A DNA stretch of 38,534 bases, taken from contig JWZX01002673.1 in NCBI GenBank assembly GCA_001275005.1, positions 1 to 38,534 on the forward strand, written 5' to 3'. Position 1 is the stretch's first letter. Each line of letters opens with the position of its first letter. Under the pieces are notes generated by a model. It was given only the letters and a program-made list of their open reading frames with translations, was not told where the DNA came from and made no database searches. Origin of the DNA: Chrysochromulina tobinii. Taxonomy: Eukaryota. This document shows positions 10,092 to 20,471 of this stretch, piece after piece. The position numbers and the translations under genes were made by a program.

Positions 10092-12046
10092 ATGGCCGCC
10101 CGCGTCGTCCGGGAGCTCTCGCACATGAGCAGCTCGGACAAAACGCGGATGGCGAACACTCCTGCACCACCTTATGAGGGCGCGACGAATGCCCGCGGTG
10201 AGCCGCATGGGGAGGGCCGTCGCGTCTTCTCAAGCGGACACATCTATGAGGGGCAGTGGGTCGACGGCAAGACGGAAGGCTTCGGCCGGTTCACGTACCC
10301 CGATGGCCAAGTATTCGAGGGTCAGTGGATGGGCGGGCGTCGCAATGGGCCGGGGAAACTCATGATGGTCGGCGGCGAGACGATCACTGGCAAATGGGTC
10401 GACGATGCCCTGAGCGGCCCGGTGCGGCGGTACGCTACGCCGGAGGAGGCTCCCGCACTTGCACCCAACGGGCGGCAGGAGCGCGCGCCCATCGAGGGGA
10501 GCCCAGGCGCGCCGAGAGCTGCTGCGGCCCCGCTGGCCATGCCCGGGGGCAGCGGCATGATGGCGCAGCAGCAACAGGCCGCAGCAGCTCAGGCGGACGT
10601 GCAGTGGCTGCGCGAGTCGCACGACGTGGTGTGGCAGCTCAACGTGGAGCTACAGATGGAGAATGAGAAGCTCGTCGCCGAGAATCGCCGGCTCCGTCTC
10701 AAGCTGCGCACGATGCTCCAGGAGCAGCAGAACAATGCGAGCAGCCAGAGCAGCGCCTCTGGCGTCTCGATCGCCACGGCCCAGAACAAGCCCAGCAACT
10801 GTGGCAGCAGCAGCCAGAGCAGCGCGAGCGAGCCTCCGAAGGTGGTTGAGGGGAGGCTGCGGCGCAAGAAGAAGACGACTGACGAGAAGAGCGCCAGCGC
10901 CAGTGCCAGCGCCAGCGCGCAAGACTTGTCGTTGCTCAGCAAGCTGCTCGAGATGTCGAAGCCTCGGCCCAACGAGACGGCGGCGGCGGCGGCGGCACCG
11001 CCCAAGGTGGCGCCCGAGTCCGATGCCGACGCGCGCGAGCGCCGGCGCAAGATCGTTCACGAGCTGTGCGAGCGTGCGCAGGCTGAGCTACGCGATCGCG
11101 CGAGCGCCCGCGCGTGGACCGCGTTGCATCGCCTCGACAGCGCGAGCGAAGTCGAGCGCTTTGCACGGAGCCTGCTCGCGATGCTTCTCGAGCCGGTGCG
11201 CAAGCTGCCCGTCGAGTCAGACCGGGCGCTGCAGGAGGCAGCGGAGCGCGTGCGCGAGGCGCTCGACGCGGTCCTTGGCTGGCCCGAGGCCCTCGAGCGC
11301 ATCGTGCGCCATACTGGTAGGGAGCTTTCGCAGCTGCTAGAGCTCAGCGAGCTTCATCTGGAGGGCCTCCCCCTTGGCGCAGCGGGCGCGGGCGTGGCGG
11401 CCCTGCTGGTGCGTGCGAGCCGACAGCTCAAGTCGCTCGACCTTGGGCGTACCGGCTTGGGCGATGTGGGGGCGAGCGTTCTCGCCGACGCGCTGCGAAC
11501 CGGCGGCGGACGCCTCTCGCTGCTACGGCTGCACGAGAACCGCATCGGCAACACGGGCGGCAGCGCACTCGCGGCGCTGCTCGCGAGCCAGCAGCTCACC
11601 GTGGGCGCCGTTGTGTCCGCGCGGCTCGAGAAGGTCGATCTGCGCGCCAACACCTTCGACTTGGTCACGGAGCAGGCCCTGCGGCAGGCCGGCGGCTCGC
11701 GCATCATTCTCAACGAGCGCGAGCTGCAGGATTCAGCCGCCTGTTTCTCCGGCGGCGGCGCCGCTAGCGCTGGCGGCTGTGTGGCCAGCCGCGGCTCGTG
11801 CGATGTAGACAGCTTCCTGCGCTTCGTCAGCACCAGCGCTCCGGCGCCGCCCGCACCGGTGCCTCCTCCACGGCCTTCACTTGGCATCAGTGACTACGGC
11901 CAGGGCCAGAGCCGCACCGATGCCGACGCGTTCCTCAACTTTGGCCGCGGCAGCTGCAGCGGGGCCACGGCCAGCGCCGCGGCCAGCGCCGCGCCGGCCA
12001 GAGGCGTGAACGGCATGGAACAGCAGATCCACCTGAGCTTTCCCAT

Positions 12047-12089
<43 letters not shown>

Positions 12090-12494
12090 TGCGGCGGCAA
12101 CGCACCGGCGCCGCCGCCGCCCTCGAATCCGCCGCACCCTGCTGCTGCTGCCAGCGGCATCGGCGCGCCCAGCGGCACCAGCGGAAGCGGCGCTGACGCC
12201 GAGGGCTTCCTTCGTTTCACTGCTGGTGGTGGCGCGGCCAGTTGTGCATCGGCGCCTCCCGCCCGCATGATCCCGCCTCCGCGCACGGTCCCGCAGCGCA
12301 CCAGCCTGCAGCCACCTGCAGCTCAGCCGGCAGCTGCTGCCGGTGGCGGCAGCTGCTCGGACGCAGCGACCTTCCTGTGCTCATCATGTGGCGGCAGCTC
12401 AGCCAGTAGCAGCGGCGGTAAAGGGGTGAGCTTCTCGGCGGCGGCTCAGGACTCGCTGTCAGCGGCCGACTTCCTCTCCTCGATAGGCAGCTGA
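10092..12494 (+). CDS. MORN-repeat, coiled-coil and RI-like LRR protein with a low-complexity C-terminus
   Basis: Three to four MORN repeats (YEGQWVDGKTEGFGRFTYPDG and similar); coiled coil LNVELQMENEKLVAENRRLRLKL; LRRs LKSLDLGRTGLGDVGA, LSLLRLHENRIGNTGG and LEKVDLRANTF. The start codon is uncertain among three nearby ATGs. Confidence 0.85.
12048..12089 (+). repeat. (GGC)14 microsatellite encoding poly-Gly
   Basis: Perfect trinucleotide run read directly from the sequence. Confidence 0.95.
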
Positions 12495-13028
12495 GGTGGC
12501 TTTCAGCCGCGAGGGGTGTGTGTAGACTGTTTCGGTGACGTCGTGCGTGCTGTCGTGTGTGCGGTGTCGGTGTGCGCGTTGATGGTGCGGGGATGGCCGA
12601 TTTCGCGAGCGACGCGCGGACGGATGTCCGGTACTCCGCGGGTTGACGGGTGAAGAACGGACGCCTCAACGAAGAAGTAGCGACGTCTAGCGCGGACTGG
12701 TCCCGCAGCAGGAGAATAATGTGTCTTTCGACCGCGACGACCTGCTACCTGGGACTTGTACCGCTGGGCGGCCAATGGCCGATGCGGGCCGCTCCACTGC
12801 GCTTTCTGCGCTCTGCGCGGTCGCCGCACGCCGGTCCCGCCCCCACTCTGCGGAAAAACTTCTATTAACTTGTTGGGTATTAGTTTAGCCTCCGTCAGCG
12901 GTCATCAACATCATGATGGATGATGCACACGGAGCGGAGCTTTCTGCACATGATGTGCAAAGATCCGGTGACCGCCGACACGATACACACGGAGAATACT
13001 GTTGCTCAGTGTCGGTGTCGCTGTGCGT

Positions 13029-13544
13029 TCAAGATGAGATGAGCACGAGCGAGGTGCCCAAGAAGCTAACGCCGAAGAGCCCACCGAACACCTTGAGCTT
13101 CGCCGGGACGCTGACATCGGCGAAATTCTCTTTCGAGAGGAAGCTTGGCAAGTTTTTCTGCACCGACGTCTTTGGCGTCGGGCCCTGGAAGAACATGTAG
13201 CCCTGCCTATTAACCCCAAAGGGGTCCTCTGTGGTGGTGCGCGGAGGCCAGTTGATCCCGACCTCGAGCTTCTGGCGCCGCTGCTCGGCGGGAGGCATTT
13301 TGGCAAGCCCCTCCTGGATCTCGACGATCGTAGGCCACAGAGAGAGCTCCTCGTTGAAAGTGTCCTTTGGCACCGGCAAGCCGCCCGACGGCGTGGGCGC
13401 GGCCTTAGCCTTGGGCTGGTTGGCGCCAAGGCTGCTGAGCAGTTTACCGAAGTCGAACTGCATGCGAACGGCCGGTGCCCGCATGGGTGGGCGCATGCCC
13501 AGCGCATGCCCAGCGAGCAGTGAGATGAGGATGAAGCGCGCCAT
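13029..13544 (-). CDS. Putative plastid-targeted small membrane protein (171 aa), function unknown
   Basis: Signal peptide MARFILISLLAGHALG, then Arg/Pro/Ala-rich transit-like MRPPMRAPAVRM, a conserved-looking YMFFQGPTPKT..Q..LPSF block and a C-terminal hydrophobic helix VFGGLFGVSFLGTSLVLI. Confidence 0.75.
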   Translation of the reverse strand: MARFILISLLAGHALGMRPPMRAPAVRMQFDFGKLLSSLGANQPKAKAAPTPSGGLPVPKDTFNEELSLWPTIVEIQEGLAKMPPAEQRRQKLEVGINWPPRTTTEDPFGVNRQGYMFFQGPTPKTSVQKNLPSFLSKENFADVSVPAKLKVFGGLFGVSFLGTSLVLISS

Positions 13545-13780
13545 TACTTGTAATGTGTCGCAGCAGACGATCACGCGTAGAATTCGCCGAGGTTGCATAT
13601 GGGTCTCGTCATTTGCCGAACAAGAGAAGCCGAGGAGACCCTTCAACTTTCTCTCGAATGCAAAGTGAGCGCTCGAACTGCTTCCCGCCGTTTTATATCA
13701 TAGACCTTTCGGCGCCGTTTCGTGCTTTGGGGGTGAACGACAGTCGCCGCCGTGTTTCGACCCAAGCGCTTCGGAGAAGC

Positions 13781-14304
13781 ATGGTCAAGGGTGGCTTCAC
13801 CGAACTGCAGCGGACCGCCGTGTGGGCAGAACGTATTGCTCTCGAGGTGCATGAAGCGCCACCCGCCTGTGAGACCACTTGGAGCAGCATGTGTGCGTGT
13901 ATTTACGCCACTGACCTGCTGACCACCCCTGTGCGCAGAACCACCACGAAGCAGCGCTGCCGAGCTCGCGGTACAGATACACGCGCCTATTGCCACCAAA
14001 GCTCAACCCAATCGTGCCGCAGGACGTGGAGCAGCTCTACGACGGAAGCTCAGTGATGCCTGCATTTCCGCCTGGCTTCCTAGAGCTGAACGCACCACGG
14101 CAGCGGCCACCAGTGCTTGGCAACCCGCTTTTTGGCTTTTCGTGCCACCCGATCCCTGCGCCGGTGAAGCCGGATGCGTCCGGCAAAAGCGGTCACTCCG
14201 CAGCAGCCGCAGCCAAGCTCGCTGAGCTGCAGGAGAAACTCAACGTGGAGAGGGGACTTCGAGCCGAATTGGAGGCAAAGCTCGCGATGCGCTACGGCAA
14301 GTGA
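13781..14304 (+). CDS. Hypothetical 145-aa protein with C-terminal coiled coil; exons 13781-13890 and 13977-14304
   Basis: ATG at 13781. An 86-nt GT...AG intron (13891-13976, GTGTGC...GTACAG, internal CTGAC) joins two ORF frames into MVKGG...TWSSIYTRLLPPKL...LAELQEKLNVERGLRAELEAKL. Confidence 0.65.
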
Positions 14305-14619
14305 TCGCGAGTACGCATTCCGACGGCGAGACGCGTGAGCGCCTACCAATGCGCCCGGGTCCTGGCGGACTGCGTGTATCGTAGCCGTGCCAGCGCCTCG
14401 TACTCGAGTGAATGATCAACGCACGCTGAGGCGCGAGTGCAGTGAGCAGGCTCTGGAGCGTGGGCCACTCGCCGGCCGGTTTGAGCAACGACTGAGAATC
14501 TCGCCGTCTTCGATCTGTAGGTGTATATGTAGGTCCACGTACGTGCCGATGGTACCTCGCGTGAAATTTTTCAATCAAGACTCAGGTATTCACACCCCGC
14601 GGGGTGCGTAACTATCCCT

Positions 14620-15534
14620 ATGGCGGGACTTGTCTCGCTCGCGGGCGTTTGGTCGGCTTCGGCAAGCATTCAGCCGCTCTCCGACCCAGCTGGGAGCTGG
14701 GTGCCGTACGCGCCCATGAGCGACGAATTCGACGGAGCGGAACTCAATTCGAGCAAGTGGAGCACTGACTATACACAATGGGCCGGGCGACAGCCAGGCC
14801 TTTTTGACGCGTCCAACGTCAAGGTGGCGAACGGTAGCTTGACGCTCCTGGCGCAGAGTGGGCATCGCAACTCGTCCTGGCCAGTCGGATACGACAACTA
14901 CACGACAAGCGCCTTGCACAGCGTCGACAAGACTCTGCACGGCTATTTCGAGGTACGATCACGGAGTGGCAGCAGCTCCATCTCGTCGAGCTGGTGGTTC
15001 CACTGGAATGACGGGGCCGGCACCTGGACGGAAATAGACGTCTTCGAAAGCGAAGGCTCCGATGCGCAGCAGGCTTCCTGGCACAACTCCTCCATGTTCT
15101 GCTCCCATACCCACATCTTTGCACTGGCTGGGGTCCCGCAGGACGAGTTGCCAGCAGAGTGTGGCTGTATGCCCGACCCGCCGGGGGACATCGGTCGCAC
15201 GCGCGGTCGGTACAAGGATGATCGCGCCTGCTCCCTCGGCGGTTGCATGGGCATATCGTTTGCCATCGATCAGGGCTTCCACGTCTACGGCCTGGAGTGG
15301 AATCAGAGCATGGTCGGATTCTACATTGACGGAGCACCAGTGGGGAAACTGCCAGCGGCCTGCCTCACGGCGCCAATCGGGATGGACTTTGACCGTGAGA
15401 CGATGCCGGACTGGATGGGTCTCCCTGATCCGGCAACACTGCCCGACGTTCCTTTTGAGATCGATTACGTGCGTGCTTGGAAGAGGACGGCAGACGTACG
15501 GTCGTACGCCCGTAGCCCCGTGCCCGCGCAGTAA
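14620..15534 (+). CDS. Secreted glycoside hydrolase family 16 (beta-bulge type; porphyranase/agarase/carrageenase/laminarinase-like)
   Basis: Signal peptide; SDEFDG.ELN.SKW; GYFEVR; catalytic EIDVFE at 15031-15048; FHVYGLEW; FYIDG; FEIDYVRAW. No introns. Confidence 0.92.
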   Translation: MAGLVSLAGVWSASASIQPLSDPAGSWVPYAPMSDEFDGAELNSSKWSTDYTQWAGRQPGLFDASNVKVANGSLTLLAQSGHRNSSWPVGYDNYTTSALHSVDKTLHGYFEVRSRSGSSSISSSWWFHWNDGAGTWTEIDVFESEGSDAQQASWHNSSMFCSHTHIFALAGVPQDELPAECGCMPDPPGDIGRTRGRYKDDRACSLGGCMGISFAIDQGFHVYGLEWNQSMVGFYIDGAPVGKLPAACLTAPIGMDFDRETMPDWMGLPDPATLPDVPFEIDYVRAWKRTADVRSYARSPVPAQ

Positions 15535-15780
15535 CAATCATCGTAAAATAGTCACAAAACAAGGACGTCCAGGGCCGGCCCGGCCCCAAGATCATTCTCC
15601 TCTCTCACTAAAATGTCGGCCTACGCCGAATATTGTTGATGGCTGATCCAACGCCTAGGTCGAATCATGGCAACGGGGTGGACCATTAACAAGGGGTTTT
15701 CAAAACTGATCATTAGTGACTTGTAACTAGATAACGGTTCACCCCACCCTTGTCCCTTCGTTGCCTGTTCTCGAGGGCGA

Positions 15781-16203
15781 TCAAAGCTTTGCTTTAATCC
15801 AAGCCCAATATGATTGAGTTGCGTCCACGGACTTTTTCATGACTGTCACTGAGATATCTTCGGCATAAGAAAAATGCAGATTGAGCTTGCAGCCGTTGCT
15901 GAATTGTGCGAGAGGTAGTGAGTGGAGGCTACTTTCAATCAAGTAGCCATTTTCATCACGCACATGCAATTGCTCAATTGGCCGTCCTCTTGCGGCAACA
16001 TACGCCTTCCGTGCATCGTCGATAGTCTGCGAAGGACTCATCAGTGCCCGTATCGGTTCGATTGGAATGCCACTGCCCAGGATGCACTTCATGAAGACAT
16101 GGATCTTATCACACTCCATTTCCGTTTGCTTCTTACCGCAACCAAACTTTTGCGCATGCTCGCCCACAAGGGCATCCTTCACAATCTTTGCCGTCCTCTC
16201 CAT
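15781..16203 (-). CDS. Small protein with a probable ubiquitin-like (beta-grasp) domain
   Basis: KIHVFMK...IRALMSPSQTIDDARKAY...GRPIEQLHV.DENG.LI...KLNLHF follows the ubiquitin pattern. There is no C-terminal GG; the protein ends in amphipathic SYWAWIKAKL. Confidence 0.55.
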   Translation of the reverse strand: MERTAKIVKDALVGEHAQKFGCGKKQTEMECDKIHVFMKCILGSGIPIEPIRALMSPSQTIDDARKAYVAARGRPIEQLHVRDENGYLIESSLHSLPLAQFSNGCKLNLHFSYAEDISVTVMKKSVDATQSYWAWIKAKL

Positions 16204-16818
16204 GCGCTGCCACCCTTATTGTGTCGAGGCAAAAGTGGGGGTTGGACTTCCGGTCTCGCCCCGCGCGCGGTCCGATGGGCCAGAGCACAAGGGGCCGTGG
16301 ACCCGGGTTCTCGTCAGTTTCGGCTAGCTGTGAATGAAAACTCGAACTCACTATTTTTGGTATGCATTCAAACACCGAACATCGTCATAACGAGCAAAGC
16401 ATGCACGCAAAACTCGGTTGCGGCTTGCGCTGTTAAGATGATTGTCGCGAAACAAAACCGCGTTGCCCATTAATTGTCGGTTTGTTTCGCGATAGTCATT
16501 AGCTTGCTCGCCGGTCTGAAAGAAAAGTCTTGAGGTATCGCCGTGTCGTCCGGTACAATTAACTTTCGCTGACAGGACTGACTTCAACGTGCGCTCTTAA
16601 CGCGATGTCTCTCGAGGTAATGCTTCGCGAGATTTCAGCCCCACGCGGGGCTGTTATGTAAAGCGGCCAGTCGACCGCTTACAACGCGATGTACTTTTCA
16701 GTGTTCAGTTGCGCCGCGGCGGGCTGCGGCCATGACGATGAAGCTGCTCCAAGGTGCGGTGGGGGAGGATCCATGGTGAGGATTGAGCTCGTATAGCCGC
16801 GCGCGGCGGTCTGATTGG

Positions 16819-17634
16819 CTATAATTGAGAGCGCATTGGAGTGCGGCACATTGGGCATTTGCCATTGTCCACGGCGCGCAAGCAGTGCGCGTGGAACGCT
16901 CGGCAGCAGCAGTGCGTCCACTCAGCCGTTATCTGCGCGATGGCAGATAGGCAGATAGGGCACTCGAGAGGCTCGCCACCTTCGTCCTCGAGCTGCCGCA
17001 GCATGGGCAAGGCCTTTTTCCCACCCGGGAAACAGATCTGTGAAGGAGCCGCTCCGTGCGCGAGCAGCGACCCGATCAGCGAGGCGCCTTGAGAGGACGA
17101 GGAGGATCGCATCACCGCCAACTGAAGCGCGGAGAGGCCCACGAGACCACCAGTAAAGGCACCGGCTGCTTCGTCCCACTCGGGCTCGTCGAGCGCATCG
17201 ACGCCGAAGCACATGGGTTCGTCGGTGAGCGCCCCGAGCTGCAGCAGCTGCTCCACGAGTGCGGGCGAGCCTCGCGCAACCGCCACGTGCAGTGCACTCT
17301 GGCCGCCGGTAGCACACGAGAAGCCACCGCCCGCGCATCGGCACGAGGTGGCATTCACAGAGGCGCCATGACGGAGAAGCAGCTCGACGGCATCGTGAGC
17401 GCCACGATACACGGCGAGCCACAAGGACGGAGCGCATAGCGCATATTGGCCGGCGCGCACGTGCGTTGCAGATCGTGTGTCAATCACGCCCGCCTTGGTG
17501 GCGAGCGCACCCCAGTGCGCGATACCGGACGGGTCGTCGCGACGTACGGCGTTCACCAGCTCCGCGGCATACACGTCGCCCGCGACATCCTTGACGGCGG
17601 CGGCGATGCGATTCACCCTATCGGCGAACGACAT
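16819..17634 (-). CDS. Ankyrin-repeat plus RING-finger protein (putative E3 ligase)
   Basis: Ankyrin repeats SLWLAVYRGAHDAVELLLRHGASVN, SALHVAVARGSPALVEQLLQLGA and SALQLAV..LLAHGA. C-terminal CPIC...CCCRAFHAHC...CPMCR. Confidence 0.88.
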   Translation of the reverse strand: MSFADRVNRIAAAVKDVAGDVYAAELVNAVRRDDPSGIAHWGALATKAGVIDTRSATHVRAGQYALCAPSLWLAVYRGAHDAVELLLRHGASVNATSCRCAGGGFSCATGGQSALHVAVARGSPALVEQLLQLGALTDEPMCFGVDALDEPEWDEAAGAFTGGLVGLSALQLAVMRSSSSSQGASLIGSLLAHGAAPSQICFPGGKKALPMLRQLEDEGGEPLECPICLSAIAQITAEWTHCCCRAFHAHCLRAVDNGKCPMCRTPMRSQL

Positions 17635-17859
17635 TGCGACGCGGCGGCGGCGGCGGCGGCGGCGGGCGCTCGGACGGCTTGGACCCCACGCATCTTTCGT
17701 AGCTCTTTCCTCTAAAGATCCTCAATGCGACGAAACCGACGCCCTCTTCGGCGCGGCACTCGAGGGGACTCGCTGAGAGAACGAGCCTGAACGTCTGCAC
17801 GAACGCCGCCGTTACATGTGCACTTGAATGTTTGACAAAACCCGTTGGCGAGCGCAGTT

Positions 17860-17867
17860 TTTGCCGC
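17860..17867 (+). promoter_or_regulatory. E2F-consensus site TTTGCCGC upstream of CDC45
   Basis: Matches TTTSSCGC and ends 26 nt before the proposed ATG at 17894. The motif also occurs elsewhere in the window, so function is unproven. Confidence 0.35.
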
Positions 17868-17893
17868 CGATTCGCGGTGCGGGCGGGTGGCCG

Positions 17894-19825
17894 ATGGTTC
17901 TCATTGACCGCTCCGACCTGCCGCAGGTCTGGACGACGGTCAAGAAGGCGGCGCACGACAACGCAGACACGCCGACGGTGCTGCTGCTTTGCTCGCACAG
18001 CACCGACTCAATTGCTGCTGTCTCGCTGCTCACGAAGCTGCTGCAGGACGAGGGCGTGCCTCACAAGGTTGTGCCGGTGGCAGACTACGCCGACCTGTCG
18101 CGCGTGTACGTGCGGCAAATCGCGTCGGCCAACGAGCTGCGCAGCATATTCCTCATCAATTGTGGCGGCATAATCGACCTCATGGGCCACTTCCAAGCGA
18201 CGCTCGACGAGGAATTCAGCGATGGCAGCGGCAGCGACAAGGCGGCACCGCGGAGGGCGACTGAGCTGCCGCACCCCGAATGCCGCTGGTACATCCTGGA
18301 CTCGCACCGGCCCTACGCGCTCGAAAATCTCTACTACGATGCCAACGAGGAGGAGCCGCCGAACGTGTACGTGGTGCATGACGGCGAGACACATGCCGAG
18401 CTCGAGGACATACTTGCGCAGCTGCCAATCCTCTTCGATGCGTCCGACGGCGAGGAGTCGGAGGACGAAGATGAGCCAGAGCGGCGGCAGCGGCCTCGCG
18501 TGACGCTCGGCGAATATCACGGCATGTCGCCTGACTCGCAGCGCGACCGGCGCCGGATCCTCAAGCGGCTCACGCGTCGCTACTACGCGGCGTCGTGGCA
18601 CGGCACGGCGGCCTCTCTTCTGTGCTACTCGCTGGTGCAGGCGCTCAACAAGGGCTCGAACGAGCTGCTCTGGCTCGCCATCCTCGGGCTCACCGACCAG
18701 CTCGTGCACGAGCGCATCGAGCACGAGAAGTACGTTGAAGAGGCGCAGTTGCTGCAGGCGGAGGTGGGAGCTCTCAATCAGGATGGGGCGACCGAGGAGC
18801 GCAGGGAGGTGGTCCCGGAAGAGGGCGGCCCGTCCGTGAGCGTGCGCCAGCACATCACGTCGCGCATGCGCCTCGCGAACGTGCAGGAGCTCCGCCTCTC
18901 CCTCATGCGCCATTGGACCGTCTACGAGGCGCTCCACCACTCGCCGTACATCGCCTCGCGGCTCGGGCTGTACCAGCAGGCAGGGCGGGACAAACTCGAC
19001 GTCTTCCTCGCGCGCATGGGCATCCCGCTCGAGGAGTGCCAGCAAGAGTACAACTACATGCGCAAGCAGTACAAGGCCGACGCACTATACGAGAAGATGC
19101 TGCACTATGGCAACGAGTTTGGCCTCGTCAACCTGACCTACCCCTCGTTCCGCTCCATCTCCGGCTACGGTCACACGCAGATCGCCGCGGCAGACCTCGT
19201 CTCGGCGGTGGCGGCGGTGCTCGAGCACTTTGACGCGAGCACGCCCGACGGCGCGGGCGCGGGCGCCTTCGCCGCCGCGCAGAGCGCCCTCACCACCGGC
19301 CTGCGCGTCGGTCTAGAAACGGCGCTTCGCGAGGGCGCAATGAAGCGTGGACTCGACCGCGCCAAGGAACTGCTGCGCGCGACGGTGGCGGTGGGTCACT
19401 CGGTCCTAACTGCCAAGGAGTACACCAACTTCGGCGATTTCCACAGCGTCGTGCTCAAGGCGGGCGGCGACACGGCACACTTCCTGCACCCGCTTGCGCT
19501 GACGAAGCTCGCCCTCTTCGTCGCGGACGCCCTGCGGGAAGGGACGCCCTCATTGCGCAACGGCAGTGCCAAGCCGCTACTCATGTCGGCGCCAAATCCA
19601 GAGGAGAGTCCCCCGACCTACCTGATCGTCGCCGTGCTCGGCTCGGCGCGCTGCTGGCGCGCCGGCGGCAAGAACTCGTTTGGCAGTGCCTTCGCACGCG
19701 CGGCCGAGAAGACGAACGCGCACATTGCACACGATGGCTTCGACTCGGCTGTGTGCAAGGTGGCGGCGGCGGATCACGAGCGCTTTCACGAGCACATCGT
19801 CCTCGAGCTCGAGCGTACCGACTGA
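17894..19825 (+). CDS. CDC45: DNA replication initiation factor CDC45
   Basis: DSIAAVSLL..LL, VVPV..Y, LINCGG, ILDSHRP, acidic loop, LWLAILGLTDQ, LMRHWTVYEAL, LARMGIPL, FLHPLALTKLA and NSFG.AF are CDC45 family motifs. Start taken at MVLID. Confidence 0.95.
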   Translation: MVLIDRSDLPQVWTTVKKAAHDNADTPTVLLLCSHSTDSIAAVSLLTKLLQDEGVPHKVVPVADYADLSRVYVRQIASANELRSIFLINCGGIIDLMGHFQATLDEEFSDGSGSDKAAPRRATELPHPECRWYILDSHRPYALENLYYDANEEEPPNVYVVHDGETHAELEDILAQLPILFDASDGEESEDEDEPERRQRPRVTLGEYHGMSPDSQRDRRRILKRLTRRYYAASWHGTAASLLCYSLVQALNKGSNELLWLAILGLTDQLVHERIEHEKYVEEAQLLQAEVGALNQDGATEERREVVPEEGGPSVSVRQHITSRMRLANVQELRLSLMRHWTVYEALHHSPYIASRLGLYQQAGRDKLDVFLARMGIPLEECQQEYNYMRKQYKADALYEKMLHYGNEFGLVNLTYPSFRSISGYGHTQIAAADLVSAVAAVLEHFDASTPDGAGAGAFAAAQSALTTGLRVGLETALREGAMKRGLDRAKELLRATVAVGHSVLTAKEYTNFGDFHSVVLKAGGDTAHFLHPLALTKLALFVADALREGTPSLRNGSAKPLLMSAPNPEESPPTYLIVAVLGSARCWRAGGKNSFGSAFARAAEKTNAHIAHDGFDSAVCKVAAADHERFHEHIVLELERTD

Positions 19826-20471
19826 GCGCTCGGGCAGGCACGGCGGGCCGATGCAGCCGAAGGGGGCAGCTTGGCAGCGTGTAGCTGCTGAGCGCGACAC
19901 TTTCGTGGTGCCGAGGCGGCGGCGACAATCATGCAGCATGCGTACGGGAACTACTACAGTACTGGCAAAGGCTCGGCAAGAATAGGGCACTCTTCTTCAT
20001 TCTTCTCTTGCGCAATGCAGAGCTTTTGTCGTTGGTCTTTGAGATGTGCCTACGGTATAGCCAGAAGCACAGGTAGTCTGTGCGTGCCTGGACGGCGCGG
20101 AGGAGAGACCGTTGCCCGATCTGGGGTCCTAGCCTCCGCTGGCGCGTTTTCTGAGTCTGTGCATCTCTAAATACTTCGCTGAGAGTCTATCTCGTTTTTC
20201 TCGTTTACACGCCCTTCAGCTAACCCTTCAGCCCGTTAGCGTTCCTTTGACCTTTCTACTTTCTTAGATCTTACCGCGTCGCCCATGACCGTTAGATTCG
20301 TCAGATACGTCCGACATCGTCGTGCGAGATTTGGTCAGTGGCCCTGGTCCCCGTCCTACGGTAGCTACTGTGAGCGTGCGTACTCTCAGCTGCCTCGAGG
20401 TCGAGCTCAATGATGCGTCTAGGTATTCTTCACTCCCGCCATCGTATCTTCACAGTGGCTAATCGTAAACG

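Noticed and set aside
16636..16653. Hairpin CAGCCCC-ACGC-GGGGCTG as a Helitron 3' end or terminator
   Set aside because: No CTRR follows at the expected spacing, and intrinsic terminators do not apply to this eukaryotic context.
19990..20470. Possible ncRNA (snoRNA, snRNA or tRNA) in this and other intergenic gaps (26600-27300, 35000-35700)
   Set aside because: No cloverleaf, Sm site or paired C/D boxes could be supported by eye; an Rfam search would be needed.
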